IMG/VR virus record: IMGVR_UViG_3300045988_077050 | Location: 1-48,402 of that record | Reading direction: 5' to 3' (one strand) | DNA from: a virus | Length of the DNA stretch: 48,402 nucleotides | Shown here: positions 8,726 to 16,136 of the stretch, piece after piece | Layout of the letters: every line of letters begins with the position of its first letter | Numbering within the stretch: the stretch's first letter is position 1 | Position numbers and translations under genes: made by a program | Notes under the pieces: model-generated | Databases searched by the model: none | What the model was told of the DNA's origin: nothing | The model's input: the letters and a program-made list of their open reading frames with translations, nothing else

Positions 8726-9090
8726 ACGAATACAAAAATAAAATGTATAAACAGGCAGAACATTTTGGGTTAGAAAATAGAATGTTACAATGTACCGAAG
8801 AATGTGGAGAACTTATTCAAGCGTTAAGCAAGTACAAAAGAACTTTACAGGGAGATAAAACTTGTAAGATGAAAAGAAGCCAAGCTATTAACATGGTGTT
8901 AGAAGAAATTGCAGATGTAGAAATCACCTTAAAACAATTAAAATATCTATTGTGCAAAACAGAAGCAGTAGAACACATAAAGGTAAGAAAAGTTATTCGA
9001 ACAGAAAAAAGAATATTAGAACCAAAGGAACAAGAACAAACACAAGCACAGTATGAACATTTCAAGGATAGATTTTTAAATGTAGAATAG
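8722..9090 (+). CDS. mazG: MazG-like nucleotide pyrophosphohydrolase
   Basis: EECGELIQAL ... LEEIADVEITL, the all-alpha NTP-PPase EExxE/EExxD pattern. Confidence 0.6.
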   Translation: MNEYKNKMYKQAEHFGLENRMLQCTEECGELIQALSKYKRTLQGDKTCKMKRSQAINMVLEEIADVEITLKQLKYLLCKTEAVEHIKVRKVIRTEKRILEPKEQEQTQAQYEHFKDRFLNVE

Positions 9091-9204
9091 AAACAAACAC
9101 AAGCTTGTATTTTGCGTTTTAAGACGTTACAAACAAATGCCCTATAAATATATAGGTAAATAAATAAAAGTATATCAGAGAGCAAGCTAGAGGTATCAGA
9201 AAGG

Positions 9205-9507
9205 ATGGCAACAATGGCAAAGTATAGAAAGAAACCAGTTGAAATTGAAGCGTTCCAATATGATGGAGATTTAAAAGGCTCAGATGGGGAATATTATGTT
9301 CCAGAGTGGGCGGTAAAAGCATTTGAAAACGGAACACTAATGTATACGTCTTTTTCACCGTCACAAATTCCATGTGGTTTATGTGTTAGAACACTAAACG
9401 GTGATAGATATGCACAAGTAGGAGATTACATCATTAAGGACGAAAACGGAGAACTTTATCCGTGTAAGCCAGACATCTTCGAGAAAACATATGAGGTGGT
9501 GGATTAA
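9205..9507 (+). CDS. hypothetical protein (PGDYG-like C-terminal pattern VGDYIIKDENGELYPCKPDIFEKTYE)
   Basis: Motif seen by eye. Confidence 0.5.
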   Translation: MATMAKYRKKPVEIEAFQYDGDLKGSDGEYYVPEWAVKAFENGTLMYTSFSPSQIPCGLCVRTLNGDRYAQVGDYIIKDENGELYPCKPDIFEKTYEVVD

Positions 9508-9530
9508 ATTAGGGTTTAGGAGGAATCTGT

Positions 9531-9686
9531 ATGGATCATCCATGTAAACACTGTGACAAAGCAGATATCGAAAGAAAAACACTTGAAAAATGTGAAAAGC
9601 CATGCAAGCAATATAATAAATGTTGGTATGAATGCGAGAATAAGCTGATAGATATTTTGGTTGGAGGGTTAGAACATATCATTTAA
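9531..9686 (+). CDS. small Cys-rich protein (51 aa)
   Basis: MDHPCKHCDKADIERKTLEKCEKPCKQYNKCWYEC; GGAGG upstream; resembles 6638..6798. Confidence 0.4.
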   Translation: MDHPCKHCDKADIERKTLEKCEKPCKQYNKCWYECENKLIDILVGGLEHII

Positions 9687-9737
9687 AACAAAGAACAAAC
9701 AACGAACATAAGAACATAGAAAGGAGAATCAAAACAA

Positions 9738-10280
9738 ATGGAAAAGAAACAAGAATTAAACATTGTTTATAGAAACATTAAAGAACTAAAACCATATAAG
9801 AAGAACGCAAAGAAGCATCCAAAAGAACAGGTGGAACGAATAGCAAACAGCATTAAAGAGTTTGGGTTTACACAGCCAGTTATTGTAGATAAAAACAATT
9901 GTGTTGTTGCAGGGCATGGAAGAATACTAGGAGCAAAGAAAGCAGGATTAAAACAAGTACCTACTGTTATGTTGGAAGAACTCACAGAAGAACAAATAAA
10001 AGCATACAGGCTAGTGGATAACAAACTGAATGAAAGCGATTGGGATTTTAGTTTGTTGGATGAAGAACTAGGAATACTATCAGACGATATTGATATGGAG
10101 TTGTTTGGATTTGATACAGATATGTCAGATGAAGAATTGGAACGGGCGATAAAAGAAGTAAAGTTTAAAACAAAAGAAAAACACCTTGTCATTGTACCAT
10201 GCAAGAATGAAAAGGAAACAATAAAGGTGCAGAAAGAGATTGAGCAGTTGGGTTACAAGTGTGATATTAAGAATACATAA
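9738..10280 (+). CDS. ParB-like nuclease-domain protein (possible DpdB-like partner of DpdA)
   Basis: ELKPYKKNAKKHP...GFTQPVIVDKNNCVVAGHGRILGAKKAG matches the ParB/Srx N-terminal domain. Its stop overlaps the start of the next gene (TAATG). Confidence 0.7.
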   Translation: MEKKQELNIVYRNIKELKPYKKNAKKHPKEQVERIANSIKEFGFTQPVIVDKNNCVVAGHGRILGAKKAGLKQVPTVMLEELTEEQIKAYRLVDNKLNESDWDFSLLDEELGILSDDIDMELFGFDTDMSDEELERAIKEVKFKTKEKHLVIVPCKNEKETIKVQKEIEQLGYKCDIKNT

Positions 10281-11035
10281 TGGAGTTATATCTGAGTGGA
10301 AGTTATACAAATTCCGAAAGACAACATTTAAGAGATTTTGGTTGCTTGTTTTTGCTAAATACATATTATGATATGAGAACTTGGAATAAACAAAATGTAA
10401 TAGATTTAATAACAATTCCACAGTGTAGTTTTATGTTAGATTCTGGTGCGTTCACATTTATGAACAGCGGAAAGAAAGTGCATTGGAAAACATATGTGGA
10501 TGAATACATAGCATTTATAAACAAATATGATATACAGTATTTTATAGAACTCGACTTATATGGTGTACTGGGAGTTGAAACAACAGAGAAAATAAGAAGG
10601 TATATAGAACACCATACAGGGAAGAAACCTATACCAGTATATCATGGAACTATGCCAGTATCTTATTTTAGAAAGTTATGCCAAGAGTATCCGTATGTTG
10701 CCATATCAGCCACAGGAACATTAGAAAGCAGTAAATGGACACGAAACAAACAGGCATTGAAACAGATTATTAAAATAGGACATAGTTATGGAACAAAATT
10801 ACATGGATTAGGATATAGCAGATTAGAAAACATCAACAAACCGGATGTGCTATTTGATAGTGTTGATTCTACAAGTTGGCTAAGTGGGTGTAGGTTTGGA
10901 ACATGGTATGATTTAAAACATGGGGAATTAAAACAAAAAAATATGGCAGGGTATGGAATAACAAGAGAGAATTTTAATAGACATAATGCGAAAATATGGA
11001 TTGACAAACAAAAAGAATTATATTATAATAAATAA
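10280..11035 (+). CDS. dpdA: DpdA-like DNA-guanine transglycosylase (7-deazaguanine insertion into DNA)
   Basis: FMLDSGAFTF parallels the TGT catalytic DSGGFQ motif. A second Asp-containing segment is FDSVDSTSW. Size and context fit phage DpdA. Confidence 0.6.
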   Translation: MELYLSGSYTNSERQHLRDFGCLFLLNTYYDMRTWNKQNVIDLITIPQCSFMLDSGAFTFMNSGKKVHWKTYVDEYIAFINKYDIQYFIELDLYGVLGVETTEKIRRYIEHHTGKKPIPVYHGTMPVSYFRKLCQEYPYVAISATGTLESSKWTRNKQALKQIIKIGHSYGTKLHGLGYSRLENINKPDVLFDSVDSTSWLSGCRFGTWYDLKHGELKQKNMAGYGITRENFNRHNAKIWIDKQKELYYNK

Positions 11036-11040
11036 AATAT

Positions 11041-11078
11041 TGTTGTATGTAAAAACCAACATTAAAAAACTAAAGGAG
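11041..11078 (+). promoter_or_regulatory. candidate preQ1-I riboswitch aptamer
   Basis: P1 tgttg (11041-45) / caaca (11057-61), an 11-nt loop starting with U and ending with C, and the tail ttAAAAAACTAAaGGAG running into the SD of the yhhQ-like gene. Confidence 0.55.
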
Positions 11079-11086
11079 AAACAAAT

Positions 11087-11695
11087 ATGAAAATTACAAA
11101 GAAACAAAACATTTATTTTATCTTATCAACATTATACTGTTGTATGTTGATAGTTAGTAACATTTTGGCAAACAGAACATTTGAATTATTTAACTTTATG
11201 TTACCATCAGCAGTAATTGTATTTCCGATTGTGTACATCATTAACGATGTTATGACAGAATGTTTCGGAATTAAAAATGCAAGTAAAACAATCATGTTAG
11301 CATTTTCAATCAATTTGTTATGTGTTGTATTTTTTAATATAGCGATACAGTTACCAACAACACAGGACTTTTCAAGTTATAGTATAGTTTTGGGAAATAC
11401 TTTAAAAGCGTTACTTGCATCATTCGTTGCATATTTATCTGGTAGTTTTGTAAATGCAGGAATTATGCATATTATGAAAAACAAAACAGAAAAATATCTT
11501 ATGCTAAGGTGTGTTATATCTACTTTGTTTGGAGAAGGAATTGACGCCCTTATATTTATAAGTGTAATGTTCATTGGAGTGTTGCCAGTTAAAGTAGTAT
11601 CTACTATGATTATCACACAAGCATTATTCAAAACAATATATGAGGTTGTAGTGTATCCTGTTACAAGACGGGTTATAAAACAAATAAACAAATAA
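11087..11695 (+). CDS. yhhQ: queuosine-precursor (preQ0/preQ1) transporter, YhhQ/VUT family
   Basis: Multi-pass membrane protein. VSNILANR..., FPIVYIINDVMTECFG, ASFVAYLSGSFVN and STLFGEGIDALIF align with YhhQ (COG1738) signatures. Confidence 0.8.
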   Translation: MKITKKQNIYFILSTLYCCMLIVSNILANRTFELFNFMLPSAVIVFPIVYIINDVMTECFGIKNASKTIMLAFSINLLCVVFFNIAIQLPTTQDFSSYSIVLGNTLKALLASFVAYLSGSFVNAGIMHIMKNKTEKYLMLRCVISTLFGEGIDALIFISVMFIGVLPVKVVSTMIITQALFKTIYEVVVYPVTRRVIKQINK

Positions 11696-11728
11696 ACATT
11701 AAAATATACAACAATATAATTAATTAAG

Positions 11729-11755
11729 GACAGAACATTGTTTCTGTCTTTTTTA
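11729..11755 (+). terminator. rho-independent terminator
   Basis: gacagaa / ttctgtc, then TTTTTT. Confidence 0.75.
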
Positions 11756-11783
11756 TTTATTTAAAAATATTTATAAAAACCTA

Positions 11784-11811
11784 TTGACATTTCTATATGC
11801 TATGTTATAAT
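11784..11811 (+). promoter_or_regulatory. sigma-A type promoter with extended -10
   Basis: TTGACA 11784-89, 16-nt spacer, TGtTATAAT ending at 11811. Confidence 0.65.
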
Positions 11812-11862
11812 ATAACCATCAAGAGGAAAACAAAGAACAAGGAGACAAAGGAGAGCAAGGAA

Positions 11863-12063
11863 ATGTTTGAAGTAGGAAAGATTTATGGAGAAGATGCAGT
11901 AAAGTATGAGGTAGTTGCAAGAACAAAGAAAACAGCAACAATCGTAGAAGTCCATCATTTTGGTAAGTTTAATGAGAAAAGAAGAAATGAAAGAACAGTG
12001 AAAATTTCTAATTGGAACGGAAGAGAAGCAATTGTGTTCGGAAGTAGAACAGTGTTAGCATAA
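11863..12063 (+). CDS. hypothetical protein
   Basis: AAGGAG lies before ATG 11863. The earlier ATG at 11797 is inside the promoter. Confidence 0.55.
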   Translation: MFEVGKIYGEDAVKYEVVARTKKTATIVEVHHFGKFNEKRRNERTVKISNWNGREAIVFGSRTVLA

Positions 12064-12248
12064 AACAAAAGATGTTGACAAAACAAAGCATATGACAGGT
12101 GTTAAAGTCATTAAAACACAACGCTATCTCACAACTGGGTATGCAGTCAATCGAAATGTGAGTATCGAAATGAAAATCATACAAGGTGTGATAAGTCGAA
12201 CAATGTCACATGCGAACCACCTAGCGAAAGAAACATTGTTCGCAATAA

Positions 12249-12320
12249 TGCTCTATAGTGTAAAGGTTAGCACACAAGATTTTGATTCTTGTAATATTGG
12301 TTCAATTCCAATTAGGGCAG
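12249..12320 (+). tRNA. tRNA-Gln (anticodon UUG)
   Basis: Hand-folded cloverleaf. Acceptor tgctcta/tagggca (U1-A72), D arm gtgt/gcac with GG in the loop, anticodon stem caaga/tcttg, loop tTTTGat, T arm attgg-ttcaatt-ccaat, discriminator G. No encoded CCA. Confidence 0.9.
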
Positions 12321-12359
12321 TTGCAGAAATGCAGAAATAAAACAAAAGGAGAATAAAGT

Positions 12360-12797
12360 ATGAGTGAGAACAAGAAGAACAAACTAGTTGTAGACGATAT
12401 TGAGGTTATCGTAAGAGGCGGTATTGTAGACAAACCGTATTATGAGATTAGATACAGAGAGGTCGGGAAAGATTATTATTGCGTTGGTTTTGGTTCGTAT
12501 TATTTAAGCAATGTCCTCAAGTGGAAAGAGGAAGAGTTTGAGGTTGTTTCCGAGAAAGCGGAGAAAGAAACAAAGGAAGTAACAAACAAGCAGATTTTAG
12601 AACATTTGAAAGAAATTGAAAAATCACAATGTGCGGTTGTAAATGGTATTAATACATTGCTTAGTGTTGTGGGAGAAAGAAAGAAACAGTTAAAGTTAAG
12701 CAGAGATGAAATGGAAATGATTAGAAATGGACACAAGGCATTGTTATATATCGCAAATAATATGGCTAATATCTCTGGATTGAATAAGAAAGATTAA
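12360..12797 (+). CDS. hypothetical protein
   Basis: AAGGAG upstream; no motif recognised. Confidence 0.55.
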   Translation: MSENKKNKLVVDDIEVIVRGGIVDKPYYEIRYREVGKDYYCVGFGSYYLSNVLKWKEEEFEVVSEKAEKETKEVTNKQILEHLKEIEKSQCAVVNGINTLLSVVGERKKQLKLSRDEMEMIRNGHKALLYIANNMANISGLNKKD

Positions 12798-12882
12798 AGA
12801 ACGCAATGAAGAAGTGAATGTTGTGAATGAATCAGAAATGAAAGATTGTATTGATTTATTGAAAGAAATTTTTGAATAATCA

Positions 12883-12912
12883 TTGACAAACAAAAATTAA
12901 ATATGGTATAAT
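12883..12912 (+). promoter_or_regulatory. sigma-A type promoter with extended -10 (drives terL)
   Basis: TTGACA 12883-88, 18-nt spacer, TGgTATAAT ending at 12912. Confidence 0.65.
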
Positions 12913-12919
12913 AAACATA

Positions 12920-12988
12920 ACAAAACAGATATGGTTTTTATTTACATCAACTCCCCAAAATTATGTAAATTTAACATATCTGTTTTGT
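12920..12988 (+). promoter_or_regulatory. long 5'-leader hairpin of the terL transcript
   Basis: 14-bp stem (12920-33 / 12975-88) plus inner 8-bp stem (12940-47 / 12963-70). The 15-nt loop caaCTCCCCaaaatt is complementary to GGAG-type SD sequences. Confidence 0.45.
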
Positions 12989-13015
12989 GCATATAAAATA
13001 AAAGGAGCAAACAAT

Positions 13016-14295
13016 ATGAATGTAAATGTTGAAGTATCAAACCGTTTTGCTTCGTTTCTTACTGATTGGGATTATGAACAATATTTATTGTTTGGTGGCT
13101 ATGGAAGTGGAAAAAGTTATCATGTAGCATTAAAGATTATATTGAAGCTATTAGAAGAAAAAAGAACAGCGTTAGTTGTTAGACAGGTTAGAGAGACAAT
13201 CAAGGAATCATGTTTTGCGCTATTTAAAGAAATATTAGAAACAATGGATTTGTTATCGGATGAAGTGATTCGATATAATGGAAAGTCAAAGACAGGAAAA
13301 GTTATAGCAATTTCAAGCCCATTAGAAATTAGGTTTCCAAATGGTTCAAGAATCATATTCAGAGGGATGGACAATACGGAAAAAATTAAGTCCATACACG
13401 GAGTTTCTATCGTGTGGATGGAAGAATGTAGCGAGATACGGTATGAAGCGTATACAGAGTTGTTAGGGCGTGTCAGAGAGCCTAAAGTATCTTTACACTT
13501 CTTCCTTACTACGAACCCTGTAGGCAAGGAAAATTGGGTATACAACACATTCTTTGTGAATACGGATGATAAAGGAAAAGAAGAAGTGATACAAGATGAA
13601 GAAGAGGTTTACAGGCGTAGAACATTGGTAAACAAAAAAAATGGTATATATTATCACCACAGTTTACCGGACGATAATCCATTTTTACCAACTTCTTACA
13701 TTAGACGTTTGGACAGCTTAAGACAAACAGACAAAAGATTGTGGATTGTTGCAAGATGGGGAAGATTTGGAGCAAGCGGAACATTGGTATTGCCAAACTT
13801 TGTTGTTGCGAAAAACAGTAAAGAGTTTAAGAATGCAGTGAACAATATTTCTGCACAGTTCCATTTCTTTGGACTTGATTTTGGCTTTGAAGAGAGTTAT
13901 AATGCACTTATTAGTTGTTGTGTGGATGATACAAACAAGATATTATATATCTATGATGAGGTATATATGAACAAAATTACAGACGATAGATTTTGTAAGA
14001 GGGATGATGTGATAGCGGTTGCAGAACGAGCAGAGAGGTGTGACAAACCTATTTGTGCGGATAGCGCAGAGCCAAAAACAATACAGTATTACAGACAGCA
14101 AGGATATCGAATGTATGGAGCAAAAAAGTATATCGGTAGTAGGTTACAGAACACAAAGAAGTTGAAACGTTTTAACAAAATTGTTTGTTCGCCCAAATGT
14201 AAGAACACAATAAGGGAATTAAAAGATTTGACGTATAAAAAGGACTCAAAAGGGAATGCAATTTATGATGAATTTAACATTGACCCTCACACGTT
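13016..14295 (+). CDS. terL: terminase large subunit, exon 1
   Basis: Walker A GGYGSGKS; Terminase_3 / PBSX XtmB-like layout. The conserved C-terminal motif breaks off after ...FNIDPHTF. Confidence 0.8.
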
Positions 14296-15249
14296 TAAAT
14301 ACCACAAGCTAGGCGTGTATAAAAGGATGGAAGAAACTGGGAAAGCTGAAATGCTAATCAGAGCGGAAGTTATTAAGCGTATAGCATAATAACACGCACA
14401 ACGCATAGGGATTGAGGAAACAATAATATCCCCACGAGCCATTGTAATTTAAAATAGGAGGTAGCAAATAATGTATGAAAGAATAAAAGTAAATACATTA
14501 GCGAAAGAATACGAACAGGCATTAGATATCTATGAAGTAGATAAGTATGGAAATGTCTATGGAAATAATGGAATGGAATTAAAACAAAGTTATAATAGGA
14601 GTGGATATAAACAAGTATCTTTAAAGTTAAAAAATAAAAGAAGATGGAAGAAATGTCTTGTACATAGATTGGTCGCACTTGCTTTTGTTTCTGGGAGGAC
14701 AGAACAATATAATGAGGTAGACCATTTAGATACAAACAAAAACAATAACAAGTGGAATAATTTAAGATGGACAGATAGAATAGGAAATATGAACAATGAA
14801 AACACAGTTTTTAAAATGTGGAATCAGAATGGAATTGAATGTTATGTGTATGATTTTAAATTGAATTATATCGGAAAGTTTGGTTCTTTGGATGAAGCAC
14901 AGGAAGCAATCGGTAGAGTAATACATGGAATAAATACAAGAGTAAAAGAATATTATATTTTAGATAGTCCAGATTTAAAGAAAGTGCTAAAAATAAACAA
15001 AAAACAAAAGATACAATCTATTGTTATAACAGATATTGAAACAAATGAAAAATATTATTTCTATTCCAACAGACAGGCAAGAAAGTTTTTTGATGGAAAG
15101 GTAAACATTACGCAAGCCATACAGAAGAATTGGACAGTAAGAGGGAAATATAAGGTTCGTAATTTAAACTATAAAAAATTAATAGGTATGCTAGACTTAT
15201 AGGAATAGTAACTATAAGAGGATAGGATAAAAAGCCTATCGAATTAACG
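14296..15249 (+). mobile_element. putative group I intron carrying an HNH homing endonuclease
   Basis: Exon end acacgtt (14289-95) pairs with intron ggcgtgt (14312-18), with a U.G pair at the splice site. The intron ends in G 15249. Splicing restores ...DPHTF-SALWYALDRY..., the terminase H..DALRYAL-type motif. Confidence 0.6.
14471..15202 (+). CDS. HNH homing endonuclease (NUMOD4 + HNH_3, I-HmuI-like)
   Basis: YEVDKYGNVYG...SGYKQVSL (NUMOD4) and VHRLVALAFV...VDHLDTNKNNNKWNNLRW (HNH); its own GGAGG RBS. Confidence 0.85.
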   Translation: MYERIKVNTLAKEYEQALDIYEVDKYGNVYGNNGMELKQSYNRSGYKQVSLKLKNKRRWKKCLVHRLVALAFVSGRTEQYNEVDHLDTNKNNNKWNNLRWTDRIGNMNNENTVFKMWNQNGIECYVYDFKLNYIGKFGSLDEAQEAIGRVIHGINTRVKEYYILDSPDLKKVLKINKKQKIQSIVITDIETNEKYYFYSNRQARKFFDGKVNITQAIQKNWTVRGKYKVRNLNYKKLIGMLDL

Positions 15250-15328
15250 TAGTGCTTTGTGGTACGCATTAGACCGTTATACGGTTGCAGATGTAAAAGA
15301 AATTAAAACAAACAGTAAGGCAGGTTAG
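15250..15328 (+). CDS. terL: terminase large subunit, exon 2 (26 codons)
   Basis: No start codon or RBS. In frame with exon 1 after removing 14296..15249. Encodes (F)SALWYALDRYTVADVKEIKTNSKAG*. Confidence 0.55.
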
Positions 15329-15330
15329 AT

Positions 15331-15570
15331 ATGTTTAAAAAAAGTAAAACAAAACAAATAAAAAAGATTAAAGAAATACAAAAACAAAACATAGACAGAA
15401 CAAAAGACGATTATATGGTTGGCATTTATAATGGATTGGAGTTGGCAGTTTCTATTCTGGAAGAAAGAGAACCAGAATTTGTTTGTACAGTATCAGACGA
15501 ACATCCATGTATTGAAAGTGAACCAGAAACTTTAGGAAGAACAGTTGCAAGCGGAATAAAAAGGAGGTAG
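15331..15570 (+). CDS. hypothetical protein
   Basis: ORF; no motif recognised. Confidence 0.5.
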   Translation: MFKKSKTKQIKKIKEIQKQNIDRTKDDYMVGIYNGLELAVSILEEREPEFVCTVSDEHPCIESEPETLGRTVASGIKRR

Positions 15571-15573
15571 TGA

Positions 15574-15864
15574 ATGTATCAAACTGAATTTATTGGAATG
15601 ATGATTGTAGGGCTATCTACATTAGTTGGTTTATTTATAGCTATTTTTAAACCAATCAATGAGAACACAAAAACAATGACAGAGTTATTGTTGAAAATGG
15701 ACGTAATGACAGAAAAGATGGATGAAAGAGACGAAGAGTTGAAACAACACATTAAAGATTTTGAAGATTATAAGAACAAAGTAAGGGAAAGCCAAAAAAG
15801 ACAATGGAATAAGATTGATGAATTAAGTGATGATATGATTAAGATTAAACATTCAATCAAATAA
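15574..15864 (+). CDS. BhlA/UviB-like holin-like protein
   Basis: A single N-terminal TM (IGMMIVGLSTLVGLFIAIF) followed by a charged coiled coil; sits next to the holin and lysin. Confidence 0.4.
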   Translation: MYQTEFIGMMIVGLSTLVGLFIAIFKPINENTKTMTELLLKMDVMTEKMDERDEELKQHIKDFEDYKNKVRESQKRQWNKIDELSDDMIKIKHSIK

Positions 15865-15877
15865 AGGAGGTAAAATT

Positions 15878-16105
15878 ATGTTTAAAAACACAGTGTTTAA
15901 AGTATCGGTTGATACAAAGAAATGGGCAAAGGCTACGTTGATTCGTGCGGTGAAAACATTTGCAGAAACATTCGTATCAATGGTAACAGTAGGACAGGCG
16001 TTTAATGAGGTAGGATGGTCACATATTCTATCAGTGTCTGGCGTAGCGGCAGTAATTAGCATTGCAATCAGTGTAGCAGGACTACCAGAAGTAGAGGGCG
16101 AGTAA
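15878..16105 (+). CDS. holin (LL-H-like family)
   Basis: LIRAVKTFAETFVSMVTVGQ...GWSHILSVSGVAAVISIAISVAGLPE matches the LL-H holin pattern; immediately upstream of the endolysin. Confidence 0.65.
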   Translation: MFKNTVFKVSVDTKKWAKATLIRAVKTFAETFVSMVTVGQAFNEVGWSHILSVSGVAAVISIAISVAGLPEVEGE

Positions 16106-16136
16106 TCGCCATTATTTTTTAACAGGAGGTATTATT

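Noticed and set aside
9097-9106. Perfect palindrome acaagcttgt after the MazG gene as a terminator
   Set aside because: It is a 10-bp palindrome with no loop, so it cannot form a stable hairpin. It contains a HindIII-type site and is probably incidental.
12249-12320. Possibility that the phage tRNA signals stop-codon reassignment (as in some gut phages)
   Set aside because: The anticodon is the sense anticodon UUG. Long genes (tape measure 1080 aa, DnaE about 909 aa, portal, capsid) are uninterrupted under the standard code.
12092-12340. 82-aa ORF in the track
   Set aside because: It has no RBS, and its 3' third is a canonical tRNA-Gln cloverleaf. I treat the region as non-coding RNA.
14297-14389. 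The last 31 codons of the uninterrupted terL ORF (KYHKLGVYKRMEETGKAEMLIRAEVIKRIA) as the genuine C-terminus
   Set aside because: The reading frame leaves the conserved terminase C-terminal motif mid-way. The missing half of the motif is encoded in frame 950 nt downstream, after an HNH gene, so an intron read-through is the better explanation.
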